64,000 nt of DNA from a virus: positions 1-64,000 of the IMG/VR virus record IMGVR_UViG_3300025529_000001; one strand, given 5' to 3'. Position 1 is the first letter of the stretch, and each line of letters opens with the position of its first letter. Under the pieces are notes generated by a model. That model was not told the DNA's origin. It saw nothing but the letters and a program-made list of their open reading frames with translations, and searched no databases. Of this stretch, positions 55,034 to 64,000 are shown piece by piece. The translations under genes and the position numbers were made by a program.

Positions 55034-56104
55034 TTACAATTTAATTTCATAAATGTTATTTTCTACCAATTTACTCCAAACTTCAAAACCTCTGTCAACA
55101 GGTGCATCTTTCCCTTGCAAAAGATTGTCAACATCAAACATTCCATAAACTTTTCTTCCTTTGAATACCTGTGCATACTCCTTGATTTCTTGTGGTGTTT
55201 TGTCTTTGTCGTAACATAAGACAACCTCTATATCTAGTCCTAGATTTTTAACCATATCTGCCTGTATTTCTGAAATGTCAGATGCACCAATAGCTACTGT
55301 ATTATAAATCCCCCAATCAAAAGCTTTCATACAGCTTTTCTCCGCTTCATATATGTAAACCTTTTTCTCCATTAAGATATATGGGTGGGCATTATGGAAA
55401 TTAAATAATTCATAACTATTGTTACAATGATATAGATATAGATATTTACGCTCTGGGTCATCCTCTATTTTCATTATTCGACCTTTAACACCAACTATCT
55501 GTCCAAATCTATTTCTCAAAGGAAATACTACACGCTTGGATTCTAAATCAAATCCAACACCGTAAAATTGTTGTGTCTTATATGATATACCTTCATCAAT
55601 CCAATCTTGGAAAGGTAGCGGTTTACCATATGGATAATATTGTTGCATTATTTCTTCTGGTAGTATAGGATTAGGCTTTATCTCTCTTTTACGCTTTTTA
55701 TCCCCAATTATTTCTTTTAATGAAGCTGTATAATCCTTTACTACAATAGTTCCTTTAGTCTTTGACAGAAACTCATTCCAACCAAACAACTTACATATAA
55801 ACTCTTTAGCTTTAGGCAAGTCTTTTTGTATTTCTTCTCCACGTTTTTCATGATGGATATAAGATACTAAAGAAAATATATCTCCTTTAAAGTCTGCTCT
55901 ATTTCTAATGTAGCAAGACAATGATTCATTTAACCGTACTTGCGTTGCACGTTTATTATTACTGTAAAATCTCTCTGGTAATTGAGCTGTTATTAGTTTA
56001 CCATGCTGTTCTTCTTTTACGTATTCACAGCCAATTGCTTCTAGTAATTTTATTATTTTGTCTTGGTCTCTTAGCTTGTCTTTAATTTTCTTTAAGTCTG
56101 ACAT
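55034..56104 (-). CDS. DNA primase (Toprim-type)
   Basis: ADFKGDIFSLVSYI (primase N-terminal region), Toprim YIYEAEKSCM and VLCYDKD. Adjacent to the helicase gene. Confidence 0.65.
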   Translation of the reverse strand: MSDLKKIKDKLRDQDKIIKLLEAIGCEYVKEEQHGKLITAQLPERFYSNNKRATQVRLNESLSCYIRNRADFKGDIFSLVSYIHHEKRGEEIQKDLPKAKEFICKLFGWNEFLSKTKGTIVVKDYTASLKEIIGDKKRKREIKPNPILPEEIMQQYYPYGKPLPFQDWIDEGISYKTQQFYGVGFDLESKRVVFPLRNRFGQIVGVKGRIMKIEDDPERKYLYLYHCNNSYELFNFHNAHPYILMEKKVYIYEAEKSCMKAFDWGIYNTVAIGASDISEIQADMVKNLGLDIEVVLCYDKDKTPQEIKEYAQVFKGRKVYGMFDVDNLLQGKDAPVDRGFEVWSKLVENNIYEIKL

Positions 56105-56133
56105 TCATCAAATCACACCCCACTTTTACTATG

Positions 56134-56162
56134 ATTATACCATTATTTACAGTAAAAGTCAA
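56134..56162 (-). promoter_or_regulatory. SigA-type promoter
   Basis: Minus strand reads TTGACT-17 nt-TATAAT with TGg. Confidence 0.5.
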
Positions 56163-56257
56163 GAGCAGAATCATATCTTCAATACTTATATTCCTCAATA
56201 CCTTGATAGTGAGACACTATTTTAGGTATCTCACTAATCTTTATCCATTCTCTTAAT

Positions 56258-57793
56258 CTATCTCCCTGATTTGTCGTTGGCAACGAAACACCACCCAATT
56301 TCTTTGAATGCGTTAAAGTTAAATAAAGGCTCGATTACTAGTACAGGTTGACCGTTATCGTTATCCTGACCAAATCTATTTTTAGGGGTAAACCATAAGT
56401 AATAAGCTTTTCCTTTTTGTAGTGTAAAGTGTTTTTTATCATATCCACCTGTTTTTTCATTTTTAACTAATTTATAACAATCTAATTCTCTCTTTTCTCC
56501 TTGATATTCGTCAGACCATACTGACCGAAACATAAACATAACCGATGCTTCGTTTTTAGCTTTTTTACCTTCACCAATAGCTTCAAAATCAAGATAACGA
56601 TATTTAATAGCCGTATCTGATAACTGGAATGTAACTACTGTACGAAGGTTCATACCGCCTGCATTTTTACGTGTCCAACGATAAATTTCTTTCATATCTT
56701 CTGTAAATGTTTCCCAACGTGTATCATGTTCTGATTCATCTGATGGCTTGTGAGTATCAATTAATAAGTTATAATACCCACGATTTGCCCAGAATCTAAC
56801 AATTTTCTCTAAATCTTTCATAATATATCTTTCCATAAAAACAACCTTAATTAAAGCTTCTTCTCCATCCATTAATTCCTTCATTTTGTCAAACGCTTTT
56901 CTAATTTTATCTTTATCAATATCTTGTAACCTACCATTAACCAGTCTCTTTCTATCAATTCCTGTATGTAACTCATGATATAAAATTGATAAAACCACTT
57001 TTTGACGTAATGCTTGTGCATCTTCCTCATTCAATATTACAATAGCTCTTTCTTGATTTGCTATGCACGACATTATAAACTTCTCAACAACAATCGAGCT
57101 TTTACCTTTTCCGCCAAATCCACCTATCATCGTCACATGACCTCTAGGTATACCTTGTGAAATACTGTTTAATAGTGGACTATTAAAGTATGGTAGCATA
57201 TCTGCTGATTCTTCTTCTAGTTTCCTAATAAATTCATCTGGGTCTATGTATAGGTTTTCCGCTTCGTATCTTGAAACGTTGTCGATAGATATTTTATTTA
57301 CCTTATCGTTCCAATATTTAGCTAACTGTTCACGATTCATTTTCTTCCAATCATACTTACCTTTTGGTACTAATACTTTAGCACCAAATAGTAAATAAAG
57401 CTGTCTAACAACATAATTCTTTTTAATTATTTCAAAATAATATTCAATATTGTCAACGTGTTCTGCAACAATATTTACAGCATCATCAATAGTATCCATT
57501 TTGCCGTATTTAGTAAAATCTTCCTCAATGCCATATTCCTTAACCTTGGTATGTACTGTAATATCATCAAACTTTTGCACACCATCATCATACATTCTTC
57601 CACCTAATTCGTAGAAGAATCCCCAAACATCATGAATAAATTCATCTTGTGAAATTGAATTTCTATACTCTCCATAATTATTGAATGGGTCTGCCCAGAG
57701 CAAGCCCACAAAGTATGCTTCATAAATTTCAGCATTCTTGTTGATTTTTTCAACTTCTTTTCTAGCAATCTCTTTAGTTGTATCTTTCGCCAT
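56258..57793 (-). CDS. Replicative DNA helicase (DnaB-like)
   Basis: Walker A MIGGFGGKGKSS in a RecA-like C-terminal domain. An N-terminal helical domain is present. 511 aa. Confidence 0.7.
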   Translation of the reverse strand: MAKDTTKEIARKEVEKINKNAEIYEAYFVGLLWADPFNNYGEYRNSISQDEFIHDVWGFFYELGGRMYDDGVQKFDDITVHTKVKEYGIEEDFTKYGKMDTIDDAVNIVAEHVDNIEYYFEIIKKNYVVRQLYLLFGAKVLVPKGKYDWKKMNREQLAKYWNDKVNKISIDNVSRYEAENLYIDPDEFIRKLEEESADMLPYFNSPLLNSISQGIPRGHVTMIGGFGGKGKSSIVVEKFIMSCIANQERAIVILNEEDAQALRQKVVLSILYHELHTGIDRKRLVNGRLQDIDKDKIRKAFDKMKELMDGEEALIKVVFMERYIMKDLEKIVRFWANRGYYNLLIDTHKPSDESEHDTRWETFTEDMKEIYRWTRKNAGGMNLRTVVTFQLSDTAIKYRYLDFEAIGEGKKAKNEASVMFMFRSVWSDEYQGEKRELDCYKLVKNEKTGGYDKKHFTLQKGKAYYLWFTPKNRFGQDNDNGQPVLVIEPLFNFNAFKEIGWCFVANDKSGR

Positions 57794-57805
57794 CTTACCA
57801 CCTCA

Positions 57806-58405
57806 TTAGTCGTCTAGGAAATCTAGTATATCATCATTATTGTTAGATTTTTTCTTGTAGTTGCTTTCAAACATTATATCAGTAGTTTCAACATGTTCAA
57901 TATGTTTATCAATCATAGCCTGTCTGCTTTCACGTTCCTTTACTCTCTGTTCAACATAATAAATCTTATCAATAACTATCGATAATGCATATTTGAAAGC
58001 TCCCATAAAGCCGTTGAAATCCTTAACACCTAACCAATACTGAATTGTGTCTTCACAATACCTGAAAGTTTCCTCTATTAAGCTGTATGTATAACCTTCC
58101 TTATAGCGTTTACCTATGTTCTGCCTACCGAATACTTGTTCACCATTTCTCAATTTTTGTAAGAATGGATATACTTGATTAGGTAATTGTTTGATTCCAA
58201 AAATATCTTCTATTGTTGTTTTAAGTTTATCAAGTTCTTCTGCTTCTTTTTCTTTAAACCTCTTATCTTCTAAAAACTTTTGATAACAGGTTTGATGATA
58301 ATATTTTCTCACAGGATTAGTTTTACCAACTAGTTCAAACTCCATTTCATCTTTTGGTGTATCTGTTACACCGCAATACTGACATTTTACTTTTCTTCCT
58401 GCCAT
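57806..58405 (-). CDS. Hypothetical zinc-finger protein (possible replication accessory/loader)
   Basis: N-terminal CQYCG...HQTCY. Position immediately upstream of the helicase. Function is inferred from position only. Confidence 0.35.
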   Translation of the reverse strand: MAGRKVKCQYCGVTDTPKDEMEFELVGKTNPVRKYYHQTCYQKFLEDKRFKEKEAEELDKLKTTIEDIFGIKQLPNQVYPFLQKLRNGEQVFGRQNIGKRYKEGYTYSLIEETFRYCEDTIQYWLGVKDFNGFMGAFKYALSIVIDKIYYVEQRVKERESRQAMIDKHIEHVETTDIMFESNYKKKSNNNDDILDFLDD

Positions 58406-58437
58406 TTAAAATCACCTCTATATATGTTGTTATATAT

Positions 58438-58466
58438 ATTATATCATTAATTTTTGTTTTTGTCAA
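58438..58466 (-). promoter_or_regulatory. SigA-type promoter
   Basis: Minus strand reads TTGACA-17 nt-TATAAT with TGa. Confidence 0.6.
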
Positions 58467-58478
58467 TAGGTGTATTTA

Positions 58479-58506
58479 CGAACAAAGGATACTCTTTCGA
58501 GTACCC
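58479..58506 (-). terminator. Rho-independent terminator
   Basis: Minus sense reads GGGTACTC-GAAA-GAGTATCC (G.U only in the minus sense) followed by TTTGTTCG. Confidence 0.55.
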
Positions 58507-58513
58507 TTCAGTT

Positions 58514-59017
58514 TTAAATCACGTTATATAATTCCTTCACCATATTCGTCGCTTTATCTATATCAATTAAACTTGTATCTATTGATAAAACAGTTCTAGG
58601 TCTAAATTCGCCATACAATGCCTCATTATACCTGTTTAGAATATCTTCAATATCGTCTATTTCAATCATATCATCTCCACGCTTCAACATTCTATATTGA
58701 ATTACACTAACAGGGGCGTGTAGATAAACTACTAATGAGAATGAATTTGTCATATCTGATAAAATAGCATATTGCCATCTTGTCATCATAGGATAGTTAT
58801 ATTTTGCACCATATATAAGATTAGATAGATATAATCTATCAATTATAATATCTTTTCTCTTTAACAAATCAGACATAAATTTATACATTCTAACCGCACC
58901 TAGTTTTGAGGTTTTAAAGCTACTACCTTTAACTATTTCAAATCCTGTTTTTTCAGCTAATTTTTCTGCAAATGTTGTCTTACCGCTACAATCTACGCCT
59001 TCTAAAATAATTGCCAC
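58514..59017 (-). CDS. Thymidylate/dNMP kinase-like P-loop kinase
   Basis: ILEGVDCSGKTT, similar to the Tmk motif EGxDGxGKxT. DRLYLSN follows. Confidence 0.55.
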   Translation of the reverse strand: MAIILEGVDCSGKTTFAEKLAEKTGFEIVKGSSFKTSKLGAVRMYKFMSDLLKRKDIIIDRLYLSNLIYGAKYNYPMMTRWQYAILSDMTNSFSLVVYLHAPVSVIQYRMLKRGDDMIEIDDIEDILNRYNEALYGEFRPRTVLSIDTSLIDIDKATNMVKELYNVI

Positions 59018-59670
59018 TAATCACCACCCCCTTCTCTCAATACGGTAACTTTAATATCTCTTACACCGAAATCATATGCTTTTGACTCGTTTTCTACTAA
59101 TATATCTATTCTATTGCCTTTTATAGCACCGCCTACATCTGATGATATAGCTACAAATGGTTCAAATGAATCATTTATGGATTCTATATATAGTAAAGAA
59201 TCCATAGGTATAACATTTTTATCAGTTGATACAACTCTGTAACCTTCTTTATAGACTGTATTTCTAACATCATATCCTGTTGCTGTTATACCTGTACAAC
59301 CATCACATTTTGATGTGTAAGCTGTGGCAACTATATTTAGTTTTCGAAGGCTATCATATTTTTCTAATTCTTTTTTTAATTTTTCGTTCTCGTTTTCAGC
59401 CTTTTTTAATTTTTCTTCAAATTCTAAAATCGAATTTTCTTTTTCGGATAACTTTTCGTAAACCGATTCGATTTCTGATTCTAATTCTGAAATTTTATCC
59501 TTTTTTATTTTTTCGGATTCTTTTAGAATTTCGATTTCTTTTTCGGCTTCCGATATTTGACCCTTATAAGAAACATTCATAACAATAGTGAATAGTGTTA
59601 TAAACGTAAGAGCCAATGATAACGCAAGCGTATCATTTCTCTTGTATAACAAAAAAAACACTCCTAACAA
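59017..59670 (-). CDS. 3D-domain (MltA/RlpA-like double-psi barrel) cell-wall protein with TM anchor and coiled coil
   Basis: N-terminal TM helix, E/K-rich coiled coil, and a C-terminal ATAYTSKCDGCTGITATGYDV...VGGAIKGNRIDIL 3D-domain pattern. Confidence 0.6.
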   Translation of the reverse strand: MLGVFFLLYKRNDTLALSLALTFITLFTIVMNVSYKGQISEAEKEIEILKESEKIKKDKISELESEIESVYEKLSEKENSILEFEEKLKKAENENEKLKKELEKYDSLRKLNIVATAYTSKCDGCTGITATGYDVRNTVYKEGYRVVSTDKNVIPMDSLLYIESINDSFEPFVAISSDVGGAIKGNRIDILVENESKAYDFGVRDIKVTVLREGGGD

Positions 59671-59737
59671 TTTTACTATCGAAAACGATAGGTTGGTAAT
59701 ATTAAACTACCAACCTATTTTTGTTTTTATGTATTAA

Positions 59738-60778
59738 TTATAGACTTTTAACGTATTCTAACGATTTAGTTAACGCTTCAACATCATCAGATTTGCGTGG
59801 GTCTGCACTTCCTAGATGTTCTTTGAAGTATTTTGCAACCTCAACTTTAACATCTTGTTCCATGTCTGCTACAATCTCTAAAATTTCACTTTGTAACTCT
59901 TCTGGTGTCTTAGTATTTTTAACCTTATTTACAAACTCTTGTGCTTCTTTTTCTTTCTGTGCATTCTGCTCTTTTCTAGCTTTTTCTACAGCTTTCTTAT
60001 CTCCATCATATTCAGCTTCAATAGCTTTTTCAACTGTATCAATAAAGCCTTTGTAAGAGTATTCAATACGGTTAGGCACATGTTTAAATCGGCTACCTGC
60101 TTCAAGTCCAGAATCACCTCTAAAGTAGATGTAGCGTTTATCAACCATTACACCCTTCTCTAATTCTTTACCTAACTCAACGAATACGATAAAGTCAACT
60201 TGGTTAAGAATTAAATCACGTACACGACCACTTAATGATAATGTAGTCTTATCATATTTTAACCCTTCACGAGTTTCAAATTGACGGTCTTTATCGTGTG
60301 TAATGTAGATAAGTGAGAATCCTGCTTTATCTAACTTTTGAAGCTGTTCTGAAATTATATTGTCTAGCAACTCATAGCCTTTACCATAGGCTAAATCGTT
60401 GATAGCTTCAAATTTCTTACCTTGTTTTCGGCTCTGTGTTTTTAATACATATTGTGTAGCCATTTTAGTCATTTCATCAACTGTATCTAATGCTAAGATA
60501 CGGAATGGAATATCATCTTTCTCTTCAATTAAGTCGTCAACCAACTCTACGAAATCAGTCCATTCGTTAATATCTTCTGCATAAATACCGTTCAATGCGT
60601 TATATCCTTTTTCGAATGCGATTAACAAGAGCTTTGATAAGTCTCCATCGTATTTTTCTTTAACGATTCCATGTACAAGCGATGTTTTACCTGCTTTTGG
60701 ACGACCTGCGATAACATACTTGTAATTGAATGCGTCAGCTACTACACGATGAGGTTTTAAATTTTTAAATCTTGACAT
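59738..60778 (-). CDS. AAA/RecA-like P-loop ATPase (recombination or replication accessory)
   Basis: Walker A IAGRPKAGKTS and Walker B-like RILALDTVDE. Confidence 0.55.
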   Translation of the reverse strand: MSRFKNLKPHRVVADAFNYKYVIAGRPKAGKTSLVHGIVKEKYDGDLSKLLLIAFEKGYNALNGIYAEDINEWTDFVELVDDLIEEKDDIPFRILALDTVDEMTKMATQYVLKTQSRKQGKKFEAINDLAYGKGYELLDNIISEQLQKLDKAGFSLIYITHDKDRQFETREGLKYDKTTLSLSGRVRDLILNQVDFIVFVELGKELEKGVMVDKRYIYFRGDSGLEAGSRFKHVPNRIEYSYKGFIDTVEKAIEAEYDGDKKAVEKARKEQNAQKEKEAQEFVNKVKNTKTPEELQSEILEIVADMEQDVKVEVAKYFKEHLGSADPRKSDDVEALTKSLEYVKSL

Positions 60779-61068
60779 AAATACATTTCCCCTTTTTCAC
60801 ATTTTTATTATGTGAAGGGGAGCTTTCCTTCTTGCTTGTCTTAGCTCCTATGTTTCTGTGACTTTTGTAAAATCTTTGTCTACGAATCTTGAATGTTACA
60901 GTTTAAAAATTCTATCACAATTTTCGTGTTGTTTTTCGTAAAAATCGTTAGCAACTTTTCAGCGTGGCTGTTATTGTATATTTTAGCAATATTTAGTCGT
61001 TGCTGTTATCGTTAATTTTTACAATTTTGTAGTTGAGGTTGGGTGTGCAATCTTGCTTACACACCATT

Positions 61069-61097
61069 ATTATATCATTATTTATTACTCTTGTCAA
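61069..61097 (-). promoter_or_regulatory. SigA-type promoter with about 280-nt leader
   Basis: Minus strand reads TTGACA-17 nt-TATAAT with TGa. Hairpin GGTGTG/CACACC (61042..61065) starts 3 nt after the -10 box. Confidence 0.6.
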
Positions 61098-61141
61098 GCA
61101 TAAATACTATAAATTTATTTTAAAAAATTTATTTTAAATTC

Positions 61142-62281
61142 TTAAAATGGCAACGAATCTTCGTCAATTTCGATATTCGAATCATCACCTAAATCAAATG
61201 GATTTTTACCTTTTGGCTTTTTCTTACCGCCTAATTCAGCTAACTCTTCATCACCATCAATTAAACTATCTTTTTCGAAATCATCTTCTGTGTAAACCTC
61301 TTTCTTCCAAGCGTCTACACCATTAATACTCATTTCAGTAATATATGTACGTGATACATAGCTTTGTGCATGTTTAGGTTTACTACGTCCACCTAATTCT
61401 GCTAGTAAATCGTCATCGTCATCTTCTTCCTCTTCAACTTCTTCAACGATTACACGATTAATAGTATCACCGAATACGTTAATAACATCACCAAACTTCA
61501 TTTTCTTTGCAAACGCTTGTGCTAATTTAAGCATAGCAGGGTCAGATTCGCCTTCCTCATTTGCAAAGTTGACAACAAATTGAGTATCTTCAAAGTTACC
61601 GTTAAAGTCAATGATACGACCTGTAACATACGCTTTTTTCTCTTTTTTATCCAAATCAGCGTCAACAAACACCATTTCTTGTTCAAAATATGATACTTCT
61701 TCGAATTTTTCATCTTCGAAATCAATATCTTTAATTCGGAAAACTTTTTCGATTGTGTAGTTCTTTTGCTCTACAATCTCATCGTTACGGTTTTTGTATT
61801 TTGAATAGCGGATAGTTCCTTCAACTACTACACTATCACCATTATTAAGATTTTCATATATTTCTCTTGAAGCAACGAATCGTGGTAATCCTCTAGTTTT
61901 TAGTTTACCATTTTCGTCATAATCTAAACCGATACGTGATTGCAATACTACATAACCTTGTTCACGTAATTCATCTTGCTGTTCTTCCCAAGTTCCAAAA
62001 GGAATACGGTCTCCTTTATAACTTGAGTCTTGTTCTTTTTTCTTGCTATTCCATAAGAATACTTGCTCTGGTTCGTAATCAAATGTTTGTACTATGATTT
62101 CGTTTGTTGGAGATGTTTTAACCCCGAATCGTAAGCTACGATATAAGCGACCATGATTTTTGTTATCTGGCTTATCCATAACTTCTTCTTTAAAAGCACC
62201 ATCTTTGTCGATACGTGTTACTTTACCGATGACTTTGAAAGTACCTTTTGTTTCTTGTAATTTTATTTTTTCATTCGCCAT
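61142..62281 (-). CDS. ssb: Single-stranded DNA-binding protein (phage type, long)
   Basis: Acidic C-terminal tail ending DEDSLPF (SSB D-x-P-F tip). OB-like N-terminal region. An internal acidic EEEEDDDDD tract. Confidence 0.6.
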   Translation of the reverse strand: MANEKIKLQETKGTFKVIGKVTRIDKDGAFKEEVMDKPDNKNHGRLYRSLRFGVKTSPTNEIIVQTFDYEPEQVFLWNSKKKEQDSSYKGDRIPFGTWEEQQDELREQGYVVLQSRIGLDYDENGKLKTRGLPRFVASREIYENLNNGDSVVVEGTIRYSKYKNRNDEIVEQKNYTIEKVFRIKDIDFEDEKFEEVSYFEQEMVFVDADLDKKEKKAYVTGRIIDFNGNFEDTQFVVNFANEEGESDPAMLKLAQAFAKKMKFGDVINVFGDTINRVIVEEVEEEEDDDDDLLAELGGRSKPKHAQSYVSRTYITEMSINGVDAWKKEVYTEDDFEKDSLIDGDEELAELGGKKKPKGKNPFDLGDDSNIEIDEDSLPF

Positions 62282-62370
62282 AACTATCAGTTCCTCCTAA
62301 AATGATTATTTTTTGTATTTATGGTGAAGGAATAGAGTTTTAAAACTCTTTTTCCTTAGTAACATATTTA

Positions 62371-62399
62371 ATTATATCATAAACAAACTACGTTGTCAA
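62371..62399 (-). promoter_or_regulatory. SigA-type promoter for the SSB gene
   Basis: Minus strand reads TTGACA-17 nt-TATAAT with TGa. Confidence 0.6.
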
Positions 62400-62403
62400 T
62401 CAT

Positions 62404-62793
62404 TTATAGCACATTTTTTATAACATTTTCATCTGGGTTTCTAACGAATAAGGAATAAATCTCTTCTAATGATGTTTTACCTGCAAGAATCATATATTCT
62501 ACTAATTCAATAGCTTGTGTACTAAAATAATATAAAAACGTCTTTTCAAAAGCTTTCTTCATACCTATATTATCACACATTTCAGTGAATTTATCAAACG
62601 ATATATCTGATATATCGATTTTTGACTTTCGATAATCTAATAAGTCATCAATAATATAATGGTTGTTGCCAAGGTGTTTTATGTAAAATTCTTTGCAATC
62701 ATCCTGTGTTCTTAATAATACTTTTGCAAAACATTTAAGCTCGTCATTTAATACTAAAGAATCGATAAATTTATCAACAAAATCCATAGGCAT
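62404..62793 (-). CDS. Hypothetical protein
   Basis: 129-aa ORF. Confidence 0.45.
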   Translation of the reverse strand: MPMDFVDKFIDSLVLNDELKCFAKVLLRTQDDCKEFYIKHLGNNHYIIDDLLDYRKSKIDISDISFDKFTEMCDNIGMKKAFEKTFLYYFSTQAIELVEYMILAGKTSLEEIYSLFVRNPDENVIKNVL

Positions 62794-62891
62794 TTTCTCC
62801 CTTGTCCAATTATTTTTATGTCAATATAATAATTATAATACAAAATGATTAACTTATCTATGCGTTTATGTAATAAGAGGTACAGCACCTC

Positions 62892-63209
62892 TTATTTGTA
62901 TTTCTGGTATTTGCGTTTCCATTCTTCTTTTTCTTTAGCTTTCTTATCTATATCAACATCAATCACATCAAAAATATCTTTGATTTCGATATTTAATACG
63001 TCAGTCATGGCGTATGCATATAACAACTTCCATGACGACCTATTAGTCAAAAGACTCATGAAACCCTTGTATGATAAATCTAATCCATAAATATCAATTA
63101 CTTTAGCATAAAAATCGATATAACTAAATCCTTTTTTATCCAAAATGTTTTTTAATTTATTCTTATTTAAAATAATATCCTTTTCGTGTAAAGAAACTGT
63201 TCTTGCCAT
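62892..63209 (-). CDS. Possible XRE-like HTH DNA-binding protein
   Basis: LKNILDKKGFSYIDFYAKV...LSYKGFMSLLTNRSS...YAMTDVLNIEIKDIF follows the XRE HTH spacing. Confidence 0.4.
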   Translation of the reverse strand: MARTVSLHEKDIILNKNKLKNILDKKGFSYIDFYAKVIDIYGLDLSYKGFMSLLTNRSSWKLLYAYAMTDVLNIEIKDIFDVIDVDIDKKAKEKEEWKRKYQKYK

Positions 63210-63215
63210 ATCTAA

Positions 63216-63938
63216 TCAACTCCTTGAATATATTTTGCGAATATTTTGAGTAGTAATTAATCCTTTAAGGTTATGATACGATTTTATATTGAATTGGTCT
63301 GCAACAATTTTTATGTCAACAAGTGATACTTCGCCATTTTCCATAATTTTATTTGCAAGATATAGCATACCACTATGTTGTATAAATTTTGCATTAAACC
63401 TATCTAAACCTAAAATTTCCTCTAACATAGATAATCTTCTATATATTACAAACTTGTCAACAGGCGTGTTATAATTCTCTGTCTTAGTTATTGATGACCT
63501 TACAACATAGTTATTATCGACTAAGTCTGTAAAAGGTTTAATATTATCATGCTCTGTTTGTGCTATTTCCCCATTTCTTTTTAGATACATTTTTTGCTTA
63601 ATAGCACCATTGATTAAATATAAAGTCCTATCGTCAACATTGATAAACCGTTCAGTATATTTTAGAGGTAAACCTCTTTCATCTTCTTTTAATGTCTCTG
63701 TTAATTTTAATCTTTTATTTTCAAAATCAACATCTGAAATCTTTAAATTCCTTATCTCGCTTAATTTTTTTCCACCTACACCGATAAACAATAACCGTAT
63801 AATGACTGCATCTTGGTAATTGTTACACATATCCTCTATTCTTCTTAGCTGTTTTTCGGATATATATTCCGAATCATCATGAATAAATTTTTCAAAATCA
63901 TCTGGCTTCATATCTTCCATTACATTTTTTGAAATCAA
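63216..63938 (-). CDS. Hypothetical protein
   Basis: 240-aa ORF. No confident motif. Confidence 0.4.
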   Translation of the reverse strand: MISKNVMEDMKPDDFEKFIHDDSEYISEKQLRRIEDMCNNYQDAVIIRLLFIGVGGKKLSEIRNLKISDVDFENKRLKLTETLKEDERGLPLKYTERFINVDDRTLYLINGAIKQKMYLKRNGEIAQTEHDNIKPFTDLVDNNYVVRSSITKTENYNTPVDKFVIYRRLSMLEEILGLDRFNAKFIQHSGMLYLANKIMENGEVSLVDIKIVADQFNIKSYHNLKGLITTQNIRKIYSRS

Positions 63939-64000
63939 TCCAGTTTTGACGCACCAATTTAAATAACTAGAGATAATTCTGCCATATGATTCGATTGTAT

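Noticed and set aside
62800-62850. A + strand promoter-like string, TTGTCC-17-TATAAT, upstream of the spurious + ORF 62845..63090.
   Set aside because: The -35 box is poor, the downstream + ORF is an antisense shadow of the 62892..63209 gene, and no RBS is present.
63216-63938. A faint resemblance of the 240-aa protein (…LLFIGVGGKKLSEIRNLKISDVDFENKRLKL…) to the tyrosine-recombinase or sigma-factor-like proteins found at comparable positions in large Firmicutes phages.
   Set aside because: The catalytic R/H/R/Y constellation cannot be identified by eye, so it is left as hypothetical.
1-64000. Search for tRNA genes, rRNA genes, CRISPR arrays, reverse transcriptases/retrons and integrase/attachment sites.
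   Set aside because: I saw no T-loop-like GGTTCGAATCC-type motifs in cloverleaf context. I found no regularly spaced direct repeats and no RT motifs (YxDD). There was no convincing tyrosine or serine recombinase, so none is reported.

Overview
This window is strongly AT-rich and reads as the early, replication and nucleotide-metabolism region of a large Firmicutes (Bacillus-type) phage or prophage. From memory only (no search run), the gene content resembles SPbeta-like phages. Positions 1-2021 carry the end of a + strand lysis cassette: a glucosaminidase-type lysin, a membrane coiled-coil protein and an LL-H-like holin. A bidirectional terminator at 2025-2050 separates it from about 62 kb of tightly packed minus-strand genes. 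More than 20 near-perfect SigA-type promoters (TTGACA-17-TATAAT, mostly with a TGn extended -10) appear to drive those genes.

Recognisable functions:
- Replication and DNA handling: DnaE-type DNA polymerase, RuvC-like resolvase, DNA ligase, type IIA topoisomerase A and B subunits, RecJ-like exonuclease, primase, DnaB-like helicase, SSB, RNase H.
- Nucleotide metabolism: thymidine kinase, HD nucleotidase, DHFR, dUTPase, guanylate kinase and dNMP kinases, a class Ib RNR set (nrdHIEF), a class II RNR (nrdJ), nucleoside deoxyribosyltransferase, a uracil-permease-like transporter.
- Other: RNA ligase plus polynucleotide kinase/HD phosphatase, ClpP-like and subtilisin-like proteases, a macro-domain protein.

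Five intervening sequences interrupt the polymerase (2), nrdE (2) and nrdJ (1). I read them as group I introns. Three carry homing-endonuclease ORFs: two HNH (one frameshifted) and one LAGLIDADG.

The most unusual locus is 39.5-46.1 kb, an island of four DNA methyltransferase genes. One is frameshifted and one has a non-canonical catalytic motif. The island ends in an apparently intact IscB-type RNA-guided nuclease gene, preceded by a roughly 230-nt structured, ORF-free, omega-RNA-like leader. Inverted repeats bracket this module, and it sits between a consensus phage promoter and a methyltransferase gene.

Exon boundaries, promoter and terminator calls and all family assignments rest on reading motifs by eye. 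No database search or RNA folding was possible.
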